Below are positions 36,267 to 46,986 of a DNA stretch of 64,000 nucleotides, one piece after another; position 1 is the first letter of the stretch, and each line of letters opens with the position of its first letter. The notes under the pieces are model-generated. The model was not told where the DNA came from, ran no database searches, and saw only the letters and a list, made by a program, of their open reading frames with translations. The position numbers and the translations under genes are program-made. Source of the stretch: Sphaerodactylus townsendi (taxonomy: Eukaryota); the NCBI RefSeq assembly GCF_021028975.2, contig NC_059427.1, forward strand, positions 161,820,001 through 161,884,000, read 5' to 3'.

Positions 36267-38614
36267 TAGGGTTGGTCAATACTAAAAAATTCGGTAAAAT
36301 TCGGATTTGGGTATTTTGGGGCATAAAATGATTTGTATGCCCGAATCCGAATCATAGCCGATTCGGATATGCCTGAAAATTTGGGTAAATCCGAAAAATT
36401 CGGGTCCGTTATATTATTTTTTTGAATTTTTTGTGTTTTTACACGTTTTGGCCTGCAGGGGGTGCAATTTTAAAGCTAGTGGCACTAAACTTTCAGGATA
36501 CCATCTGGAGACTGTCCTGATGATTCTCCCCAAGTTTGGTGCAGTTTGGTTCAGGGGGGGCAAAGTTATTGACCCTCAAAAAGGGTGCCCCATCCCCCAT
36601 TGTTTCCAATGGAAGCTAACAGGAGATGGGGGCTACACTTTTGAAGGTCCATAACTTTGGACCCCCAGAACCAAACTTCACCAAGCTTGGGGAGTATCAT
36701 AGGGACAGTACTTGTATGATACCCTGAAATTTTGGTGACAGTAGCTCTAAAACTGCACCCCTCACAGTCACCCAAAGAAATTTCCCCAGATTCTGTGCTC
36801 TGTAGTGGCTGGCTGGCTCCATTGCAGCCAATGGGAAATTTCTGTGGGAGGGCTGTGGAGTGCACATTTCTCATGGTAAACCCACAAAACTTTCAGGGTG
36901 TCTTCAGGAGAGTCTCTTCATGACACCATCCAGGTTTGGTGACCGTTGCTTCAAGGGGTTCAATGTTATGGGTAGGGTTCATCTCCCACTGCCCCCATAA
37001 GCAAAGTTCCTCAAACCTGGATGGTGTCATCCAAAGACTCTCCTGAAGATACCCTGAACATTTTGTGACTGTACCTTGATAAATGTGCACCCACCACCCT
37101 CCACCAGAAATTCCCCATTGACAGCAATGCAGAAGTCACTGCAGAAAAAAGAATCTTGGGCACCATCTCCTTAGCTCTCATTGGAAACAATGCGGGATAG
37201 AGGCCTCCCTTTGAGGGTCCATAACTTTGCCCCTCCCCCTGAACCAAACTGCACCAAACTTGGGGGATGCCATCAGGCCATCAGGACAGTCTCCTGATGA
37301 TACCCTGAAATCTGGTGCCACTAGTTTTAAAAATTCCGATTTTCATGTTTCACCGCTCCTGCACATGAAGCCTGCTGGAGTGAGTGAGCGGTGAAACACG
37401 CAAACCAGCATTTTTAAAGCTAGTGACACCAAACTTTCAGGGTATCATCAGGAGACTGTCCTGATGATACCAAGTTTGGTGCAGTTATTCAGAAGGCCAA
37501 AGTTATGGACTCTCAACGGTGTAGCCCCCATCCCCTATCAGCTCCCATTGGTAACAATGGGGGATAGTTGCACCCCTTTTGAGGGTCCATACCTGAACCA
37601 AACTGCACCAAACTTGGTGGGCAACATCAGGACAGTCACCTGATGATACCCTGATAATCTGGTGTCGATACATCTCAAAATGCGTCCCCTGCAGGCACCC
37701 CCAGAAATTTGCCCAAGATTCTTTGTTCTGCAGTGACTTAGCTGTATTGCTGTCAATGGGGAATTTCTGGTAGAGGGCTGTGAGGTGGACATTTCTGAAG
37801 GTATGGTCACAAAACTTTCAGGGTATCTTCAGGAGAGTCTCTGGATGACACCATCCAGGTTTGGGGAATTTTGCTTCAGGGGGTTTAATTCTATGGGGCC
37901 CAAAAAGGGTAGGGCCCATCTCCCACTGCCCCCTGAAGTAAAGTTCCCCAAACCTGGATGGTGTCATCCAGAAACTCTCCTGAAGATACCCTGAAAGTTT
38001 TGTGGGTTTACCATGAAAAATGTGCACTCCACAGCCCTCTATCAGAAATTCCCTATTGACAGCAATGCAGCTAAGTCACTGCAGAACAAAGAATCTTGTG
38101 CAAATTTCTGGGGGGTGCCTGCAGGGGTGCATTTGTAGATGTATCGGTACCAATATTTCAGTGTATCATCAGGAGACTGTCCTGATGATACCCTCCAAGT
38201 TTGGTGCAGTTTGGTTCAGGGGGGGGCAAAGTTATGGACCCTCAAAAGGGTAGCCCTCATCTCCTTAGTTCCCATTGGAAAGAATGGGGGATAGGGACAC
38301 CCCTTTTGGGGGTCCATAACTTTGGCCCCCCTAAACCAAACTGCACCAAACTTGGAGGGTATCATCAGGACAGTCTTCTGATGATACCCTGAAATTTTGG
38401 TGCTGATATGTTTAAAAATGCGCCCCCGGCAGGCCGAAACGTGAAAAAAACAAAAAAAAATAAAAACGCAATTCGGCTGGTGATCCGAATCCCATGGATT
38501 CGGATCTGTTAGGATTCGGACAGCACAGATTCGGACCCTGCTTGTCCGAATCCGTCCGAATCAGTGCAGATTCGGTAAAAATTCGGATTTGGACTGTCCA
38601 AATCTCCAACCCTA
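36267..38614. mobile_element. 2.35-kb non-autonomous hAT (Ac-like termini) with foldback interior
   Basis: TIRs TAGGGTTGG / CCAACCCTA; 8-bp TSD CACTCACC; subterminal TTCGG/CCGAA repeats. Confidence 0.9.
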
Positions 38615-38720
38615 CACTCACCTAATTTATCAAGGTCCGCTGGGAGCTCTTCGCAATCCTTTGTGTTTCTCACCACCCTACATAATTTGGTATCATCCGC
38701 AAACTTGGTCACCATGCTAC

Positions 38721-39854
38721 TGTTACCCAGCTTAACAGTATACGAACTTATTTTTATATAGCAATGGGGAATTACTCGGCTTGGCAATGCAAGAGGTAGG
38801 CTGGGAGGGGATCTTTTTAGACAACTATACCAGAAACGGCTTGAAACGTATCTGCAGAGAATTCACAAGAGACCAAATTGCAGTTTAAATATTTTTATTT
38901 AAGTTCTGGTTGCAAACAATCACACAGTGAGACGTTAAGGCACATACACACAGTTACTAAGTATATAAACAGGGAGGAAAAGATAGGTTGGATGATAGAA
39001 TGGGAGTTGGGGAAGCAGGGGACTTATACGTTACCTAAAACCTGCAGAGAAGTTCCAGGAGAAGACAAGGATCTCTATGCCAGCATAGGGACCCAAGCAA
39101 AGGACGATATATCGTGTCTCACACCAACTTGACCAAGGGAGTTTCAGGTTAGAAATGAGCACTGAGGCTCTGATGAGCAGAACTTTTATACTCCTTTGCG
39201 CAGGTAAGGGGGGAAATTCAAACTTAGGTTTCGTTTCTTTGCAACTGCTTGGGGTTTCCTTGCTGGACTTGCAGGGTTGAGCTAATTAGCAGCTCTATCT
39301 ACTGTCTCTACTCCCCGGGACAATGTGGTCAATTGGTCCTAGATTATATCAGTGAAACCTTGAATGGTTTATGCAGAGGTGCTCCCTAAAGTCTCTGCCT
39401 TAAGTATTCAAATTTGGCTGAGGCTTGAGTGAATCAGGAAGGGATCTTGTTGTTAGGGAGATCATATCTGAGAGGTGGGGGAAATGCAAGGAAGAGGCAA
39501 TTGTTTGGAGAAATGTTTTTCAAGAGCACAGTATCAGGGGCTTCCAAAAAAACAGCTTAGCAAGGTGTGGTGTTCAGGAGTTGTACAGATTCCATTATGT
39601 TAACGGAGTATTCTGGCAGGGTGGGATAATCAAAGATGCATGTCCAAGTTATGAGGCGTCCAGACTGTATCACTGGAGTAACTCATAGATCTAATCTCTG
39701 CAAACATATTGTTTTGCCTTAGGCTTGCTTTCAGCTTGGACACTTTGCTATTCACCCATACAAACACGGAAACTGGCATTTTGTAGCACACAGTATGAGA
39801 AATAATATTAAAATCCAATATTTCATAAGGCAGGGGATAAAGGCCATGCTAACA
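38721..39854 (-). mobile_element. Solo LTR (1134 bp) in the CR1
   Basis: TGTTA...TAACA; 4-bp TSD CTAC; minus-strand TATAAAAG at about 39185 and AATAAA at about 38896. Confidence 0.88.
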
Positions 39855-41434
39855 CTACCCACCCCTACTTCCAGGTCATTTATGAATAGGTTAAAGAGCA
39901 CTGGTTCCAAAATGGATCCTTGAGGGATACCACTCCTTACATCTCTCCATTGCGAGAATTTCCCATTTACACCCACCCTTTGCTTTCTGTTCCTCAACCA
40001 GTTTTTAATCCATAGAAGGACTTCCCCTCTTATTCCTTGATTGGTGAGTTTTCTCAATAGTCTCTGGTGAGGAACTTTGTCAAAAGCCTTTTGGAAATCC
40101 AAGTAGACAATGTCCACTGGTTTCCCCTTATCCACATGCCTGTTTACACCCTCAAAGAACTCTAGTAAGTTTGTAAGACAGGACTTGCCTCTGCAAAGGC
40201 CATGCTGACTCTTCCTCAGCAGGTCTTGCTTTTCTACATGTTTTATAATTTATTTTTAATGATAGATTCTACTAATTTACCAGGAACAGATGTCAAACTG
40301 ACTGGCCTGTAATTTCCCAGGTCCTCCCTAGATCCTTTCTTAAAGATTGGTGTGACATTGGTCATCTTCCAGTCTTCAGGGATGGAGCCTGATTTCAGGG
40401 ATAAGTTGCATATTAAAGGGAGAAGATCAGCAATTTCATGCTTGAGCTCTTTAAGAACTCTTGGATGAATGCAATCTGGGCCAGGGGATTTGGTAGCATT
40501 TAGTTTATCAATGGCTGCCAGAACTTCTTCCTTGTCTACCACTATCTTTGTTAGTTCCTTGGATTCACCTCCTAAGAAGCTTGGTTCAGGGCAGGAATTT
40601 TCCTCACCTCCTCTTGGGTGAAGACAGATGCAAAAAACCCATTCAGCTTCTCTGCAATCTCCCTGTCATCTTTTAGCACACCTTTTGTTCTTTTGTCATC
40701 TAACGGGCCTACTGTTTCTCTAGCTGGCTTTCCCTTCCTCTCCTATAGGAGACTTAAAGGGGCTTACAAACTCCTTTCCCTTCCCTCCTCACAAGAAACA
40801 CCCTGTGAGGTAGGTGGGGCTGAGAGAGCTCAGAAGAACTGTGACTAGCCCAAGGTCACGCAGCTGGCGTGTGTTGGAGCGTACAGGCTAATCTGAATTC
40901 CCCAGATAAGCCTCCACAGCTCAGGCGGCAGAGCAGGGAATCAAACCCGGTTCCTCCAGATTAGAGTACACCAGCTCTTAACCACTACGCCACCGCTGCT
41001 TTTGAAGTTTACAAAATTTAGTGACAGTAGAAACTGGATTATTGGCAACCAAGTAATTCTGTATAGTGATGGTGAGGATTGTTTAAGGCTTAATGTTTCA
41101 ATATTTGAATATCTTTAGGTTAAATGTCAACTAAATGAAACTGATACATAGAAAACCCCTATTATAACTGTGCAATCTAAATGGGTAGGGGGAGGGCTGA
41201 AACCACATTGGAAATGGCAGAAGGGTTGCTCTGGTGTCTGAGCCCCCAGGACCATGCATGATGGCATAGTTACCAGCCCAGAGAGGTTTATCCTGGCAGT
41301 GGGGCACCATGACACAGGAACCAGGAAGAACTTTCCATGCCACCATTCCTGCACTGCAGGAATCGGGACTCCAGAGGGTGTTCCAGAGGGATTCCCAGGA
41401 GCAAAGATTTCAGCCTGGGGAGGCCCCCTCCACT

Positions 41435-41749
41435 CACAACCAACTTATACTACCAAAAACTGTGGTGAAAGTCTGTGACACATCTGTGTGAAATATGTTT
41501 GTTGTTTGTCAACATGGATTTGGGGACAGTGGTAGAAAAGACACAGGTACCTCTCAATGATAAATACATTAAGAAAAAGTGCATTGGGGGGTGGAGATGA
41601 TGCTTCAAGGCCATGGCTGCAACAAGACTATTCCCTATTACAGCTAAGAAATAAGCGGAGAGAAAAATCACAAAAAGTAAAATTTGCATGCCACGGTCAT
41701 TAGAAAATGTCATTAGAAGAAAGCCTTCCACAGTAGACTGATTAGCCAT
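41435..41749 (-). pseudogene. Truncated OR pseudogene (N-terminus to start of TM3)
   Basis: MANQSTVEGFLL..GN..LHPPMHFFL..STTVPKSM..CV, then frameshift and loss of OR similarity. Confidence 0.85.
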
Positions 41750-41802
41750 TTGGTTCCTTTGAGCCATTCTGAGGAGAGAAAGGAAGTTCTTAATGAAGAA
41801 CA

Positions 41803-42208
41803 TGACAGAGTAGACAGTTTAACAGTGGAAGGTGCGTTACCGAAGTAGGATAAGTGCGGCTGCAACAGGCTTGGCAAGGCAGAAGAAACAACACGACACC
41901 ATAAAGTGGTTTCACTTCCAAAGAAGACTTTATCTTTAGGTGCAAGTTATTTACAGGGTATCAGTAAACAATCGGGCAGCATGTTCCGCAGCAACTCAGA
42001 AATCTCTAGAACAAAGTACAATGGAACATGCTCTGCCTATATACTTCTGCTAACCAATCACAGTAAAGGTCAGTGATCAGGATTAAACTGGTTCTGTACA
42101 GTTGCATCAGGTTCTGCCTAGTGTTTCTGTATGACAGGTGCTGTCACCTAGATCACATTGATCTGTCTGCTCACAAGATGCACACCACATATTTTTTATT
42201 CCCTGACA
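41803..42208 (-). mobile_element. Small solo LTR (406 bp)
   Basis: TG...CA with 5-bp TSD GAACA; CCAAT and TATA-like motifs at 42036-42060. Confidence 0.7.
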
Positions 42209-42528
42209 GAACATCCAGTTTTGGAGAACAATTATTGCATCTATATCTTTCATTTTAGAAACATATTGTTGTTCTATCTATTTAATAGAGCTGTGCATCT
42301 GGAAAAAAGGCAAACTGAAACATAACCCAGATTTTCCCAGATTTATTCCCCCCACCTCCAAATTGTTAATTTAAAGGAGATGAAGAACAGACCCTGAAAA
42401 AAGGTGTTTCTAGTATTTTGGGGCTGCTTTGGCCACACTACCATTAAAAATGGGGGACCCCTCTCCTCCTCTCACTGTCACTCAATTACCTGCTGAGCAG
42501 TGCTTCCAAAGTCCACATGAGCTCAGAG

Positions 42529-43114
42529 CAGAGGTGGGATCCAGCAGGTTCCCACCAGTTCCCAAGAGGGGGTTACTAATTACTTGTGTGTGCCGAGAGG
42601 GGGTTACTAATTGGGTCTGCTTTTCCATTAGAAATTCCATTAGGTCCAAAAATCATAAAGTCCTGTGGTTTCCTATGTGGCTGGTTAGCGAAGGTAGAAA
42701 ACAGGATAATTCTCCCTGTTGGGCTGTTTTAAAAACATATTTTAGAAATATGGTAAAGTTTCTTGTTTAAGGAAAGTATTCTTCTTTTGATTTCTAGAAA
42801 CAAAATTAAGTATTTGAAAGTATTAAGTATTTGACAAGCAGTCAATTAGAGGAGAAGTAGTTGTTTCTGTTGGCAGTAGTTTAATGAGTTTAATAATGAG
42901 TTTAAATTATGGACAGAAAGATACCAGCTGGAAATTAGGAACTTTTTTTACAGTATTAGTTTTTTACAGTAACAGAGAAATTATTAATGCCCCGCCCCTG
43001 GAATGCCCGGCCATGCCCCCGTCATGCCCCGCCCAGCCCCATTGGCGCTACGCCACTGTTTGAATCCCACCACCATGGGAACCTGTTACTAAATTTTTTT
43101 GGATCCCACCCCTG
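42529..43114. mobile_element. Non-autonomous hAT (CAG(A/T)GGTGGGAT family)
   Basis: TSD GCTCAGAG/GCTCAGAA; relatives at 47587-47687 (TSD GTTACATC), 49111-49445, 56705-56839 (TSD GTCATGAT) and 58885-59252 (TSD GCCCAGAG). Confidence 0.85.
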
Positions 43115-43507
43115 GCTCAGAATCAGCAGGCAGCTGAATGTTGGGCTGGGCTGGACCCAGCATTCAGCTCTCCCCCACTGCCACTTGGCCTTCAGAGATG
43201 GTAGGGAAGCACAGAGATGAATGCTGATCTCAGCTCAGCTGATCCCAGCAATCAACTCTCTCCTAAGACTACTTGACTTTGGAAGCAGCTGGGGAGGCAC
43301 AGAGCTGAATGTTAGACTCTGAGCCCAGCATTCAAATCTGTGGCTTGGCATTTTTGGGGCTTAGGTTTAAAAGATCCACAAAACTCGGAAGAAGTAAAAA
43401 AGAAAAGAAAAGCTGGGAGGTTGGCTTCTTTTGGCCTTTTTGAAAGATTCTGGGTCTTTTAAACACAAGCCTGAAAAATTCTGGAAAAAAAATGGTGCAC
43501 ACCCATA

Positions 43508-43933
43508 GACCCTTTCTGCACAGGCCAATTAAACCGGGATTAACCCAGTAAAAAACTCGGGTTGGGGGAGAACTTCGCACGGATCCTGATCCGAACGTAG
43601 ATCTACTCCATGTTCCCCCCCCCACCTGATTTTTTTACAATCGCAGCATGTACAATTTTTTGTTTTAACACAAATTCTCAACAACCCCTTCTGAGGCTCC
43701 CATCTGCAGAGCTATGCAGGGGAAATGGGCTGTCTCATAGCCCACGGGGTCGGTCCTGCTTGCAGGCAGGAAAACAAAAAAGACAGGCAGGAAAGTGGGA
43801 GGGAAAGTGCCTTTGTGTGAAGGACAGCCAGCTGTGCGAAGGGGCCGGGGTGAGGGCAGGTTCATGTAACCACTTAACCACTTAACCACTTAACCACAAT
43901 TAACCACTTTTATTGGCCCATGCGGAAATGGCC
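43508..43933. mobile_element. Harbinger-type MITE with (TAACCACT)n
   Basis: GACCCTTTCTGCACAGGCCAAT / ATTGGCCCATGCGGAAATGGCC; TSD ATA. Confidence 0.7.
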
Positions 43934-43949
43934 ATAGTATCTAATCTAG

Positions 43950-44447
43950 GGCCCTTTCTGCACGGGCCAAATACAGCGCCCTGGGGACGGCAAAAACGCC
44001 ATCCCCATGTAGCTGTTTGCAAGGGGGGCACGGCTGCTTTGCAGCCACACCGCCCTCGCTCCTCCCCAGCGGCTAAAAGCTGCTGTTTCCCAACGTTTTT
44101 GGGAAACAGCGGCTTCCAACCACTGCCATGCGAATGGCAGTGGCTGGAAGGCGCCATCCCTCCCCCCTTTCCCAATCGACCTACCTTCCCTGCAACCGTC
44201 TGGCGCATCGCCGAGGCCTGGGGACATGCCCCCCCTGCCCTGCGACTCCGGAGCGGTCACGCAGGGCAGGGGGCGTGTCCCCTGGCCTCGGCGACGCGCC
44301 GGACGGTCGCAGGGAAGGTAGGTTGATCGGGCGACGGTGCAGCGTGGCGCCGTCTTCCCGGTAGTTTCCCAGTCCGTTCATGCGAACGGTCCCAGGGGGG
44401 GTTGGGTCGGCATCATGTACCCCCAGCGTGGCCGTGTGGAAACGGCC
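43950..44447. mobile_element. GC-rich Harbinger MITE family D
   Basis: TSD TAG. Confidence 0.85.
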
Positions 44448-45771
44448 TAGAGGTAATGATAGTACCTCCATACCTCTCCCCAAAATAAAATGTGTTCTCC
44501 AATCATTTGCAGAGAACATACCTATCTTTCCAAGACTGCTAAGCCAGGCACAAAGCCCCCATTTTCACTCCCAGTTGTTTAAGATCTTTCCTTATTATAG
44601 GAATCAAACAAATCTTGATTTTTCTGCGGCACCAGGAATGCTATAGATTGTTTAAGGAGAAAAATATTAATACTGAAAGTAGGATTCATTCCAAAGTTAT
44701 TCTATACATAGAATCAAGAATGAAAAGGGATTTCTAGTGTAGTATTTAATGTACAGCAGGTCAATGTTCATTATGCTATTTGTTGCTAATTGTAACCAGC
44801 AACATGTTTCCATGCCACAACTTATTAATATGAAGGTGGTTCTTTCATCAACTGTGCTAACCAGATTTTCCTTTACAATGTATTTCAAATTAGTTTTGCA
44901 ATGTATTTATTATTCCTGCATTCCAGAATTTAAAAAGACAAGTTCAAATAATGGGTTAAATTAACACTTCATTAATGACTGACCAGTCACAGCAATGCAA
45001 TTGTCACTTCACAGCCTCTTCAGTGTGAGGTACTCTAATTAATGGTAACCATATAGGCTGCCATTCTTCAAATTAACTAGCTCACCAGATACAAATTTCA
45101 GCTCTCTTTTTTATGTTGATGATTGCTGCTTCTCCATACAGCCAGTTTGAAGGAGCGTACAAAGTAAATCATCATCATCATCATCATTTAAAAAACCTTT
45201 AATCGGCATTAAAAAATACAGAGTCAAAAACTAACAAACAGTGCAAAAATCTGAAATACAGGGGAGGATCAACATAACAGAACCCTTCCCAAGAAATCTG
45301 CAACCGTCTCCAATATCACAGATGAGCTATTATTTAACAAAAAACAAGGCCAAAGATTAGGAGTAGAATGCCTTAACAGAGGAGGGATAATATAATGTAA
45401 ATCAGGTCTAAAATCAGATCCCATAAAGGTTAAAACAAGGAACGAAATAGTAAAAAGGCAGCACACAAAACTCAGCAAGAGCACAAAACTGTATAGCGTC
45501 TTAAAACAAGTATTCTAGAATAGCTGTCAGGCTAAAAGCAAACTGTCAAAAAGCAAGCATTTAAAAGAATCAACCCCTTGATAGGAAAAAAATGTTTTGA
45601 TCTGGCACCTAATATAAAGTAAGATAGGTTCTCCCTTTCCTTCCAAGGCTCTGTCAAGACCACGCACATTTGCCAAATCTCCAGGAATTTACCAAAGCAA
45701 TGCTTGCTGTGTGTATGTGTGTGTGTGAGAACCAGTGATTTTCAGTTCCTTTGGTTTTCTTTACCGAGGAC

Positions 45772-46704
45772 CTACAAGAAGGCTTTTAACTTTTTTGATA
45801 TTTTGCACACAGCCTCTTGGATATCCTTGTTTCTAAGGCTATAAATGATTGGATTCAGGACTGGGGGTAAAACAGCATACAAAACAGCAGACAGCAGGTC
45901 GACAGTGGGAGAGGAGAGGGCTTTGGGCCTCATGTATGAAAACACAGCGGTGAGAATAAATAAGGAAAACACTGTCAAGTGGGGAATGCAAGTGGAGAAG
46001 GCTTTGTATTTGCCTTGAACGGATGGAATCTTCAGCACGACGGAGAAAATGTAGCCATAGGAAACGAAGATGAACACAATGCAGAAGGAATCCAAAATGA
46101 ATCCAAGAACAAGTATCAGGACTCGATTGGCTTCTGTATCCATGCAAGAGATCTTATGTAGCTGAGGGATATCACAGAAAAACTGCTCAATAATATTGGA
46201 CCCACAGAAGTTTAAACTAAATGTAACGCCAGTTTCTATTATTGCATGGATCACACTGCTGGCCCAGGAAGCAGACGTCAGGTGAGAGCAGGTATTCCAG
46301 TTCATGATCAACATATACTGCAGAGGATGGCAAATTGCTACATAGCGGTCATAAGCCATGATGGTAAGAAGGGCTAACTCAGCACTCACAAAAGTCACCA
46401 CTAAGAAAATCTGTGCCACACACCCATAGAAAGAAATCAGCTTACTGTTTGTTAAGGAGGTGGCCATGGATTTGGGAACAGTGGTGGAAATAAAGCATAT
46501 ATCTGAGAATGATAAGTTCACCAGAAAAAAGTACATAGGAGTATGAAGCTGGTGATTGAGGAACACCAGTGAGATTATGAGAACATTCCCAGATAGGGCT
46601 ATGACATAAATGGACAGGAATATCCCAAAATGCACTATCTGTCCATTGGGGTCATCAGAAAAACCCTTCAGAAGGAACTCCATAACTGTGGATTGGTTTG
46701 ACAT
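45772..46704 (-). CDS. Olfactory receptor, family-14-like, intact (310 aa)
   Basis: MSNQS, LHTPMYFFL, MAYDRYVAICHPLQY, FFCDIPQL, KAFSTCIPHL, PPVLNPIIYSLRNKD. Confidence 0.96.
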   Translation of the reverse strand: MSNQSTVMEFLLKGFSDDPNGQIVHFGIFLSIYVIALSGNVLIISLVFLNHQLHTPMYFFLVNLSFSDICFISTTVPKSMATSLTNSKLISFYGCVAQIFLVVTFVSAELALLTIMAYDRYVAICHPLQYMLIMNWNTCSHLTSASWASSVIHAIIETGVTFSLNFCGSNIIEQFFCDIPQLHKISCMDTEANRVLILVLGFILDSFCIVFIFVSYGYIFSVVLKIPSVQGKYKAFSTCIPHLTVFSLFILTAVFSYMRPKALSSPTVDLLSAVLYAVLPPVLNPIIYSLRNKDIQEAVCKISKKLKAFL

Positions 46705-46845
46705 GTGGTTTGTTTGAAATATTCTGTGAAAAGAAGGAAAGTCATGAATGGAGGAAAATGTTTAGTGAAACATAGTTGTCTACTTAAACTATTGGTGGTC
46801 AAGTCACAATCAATTTATGGCAACCCTGTAAGGTTTTCAAAAAAA

Positions 46846-46986
46846 GGCTCATTCCGCACAAGCAGGATAATGCACTTTCAAACTGCTTTCAGTGCTCTTT
46901 GAAGCTGTGCAGAATAGCAAAAGCCACTTGCAAACAGTTGTGAAAGTGGTTTGAAAACGCATTATTTTGCGTGTGCGGAAGGGGCC
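46846..46986. mobile_element. Harbinger MITE family A (inverted partner at 47406-47546)
   Basis: Family A TIRs and body. Confidence 0.88.

Larger units (their letters stand above)
35346..40728 (-). mobile_element. CR1 LINE (about 1.9 kb net) interrupted by a hAT and a solo LTR
   Basis: RT motifs [58 protein letters not shown]. Confidence 0.93.
35229..41000 (-). mobile_element. Squam3-like SINE split by CR1 (head 40731-41000, tail 35229-35345)
   Basis: On the minus strand the head ends GGAGAGGAAGGG and the tail resumes AAAGGGGGGATATAAATCC; the intact SINE reads GGAGAGAAAGGGGGGATAT. Confidence 0.8.

Noticed and set aside
36430-38420. Regularly recurring hairpin repeats resembling a CRISPR array
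   Set aside because: Eukaryotic context, alternating orientation, degenerate units, no unique spacers, and enclosed by hAT TIRs and TSD
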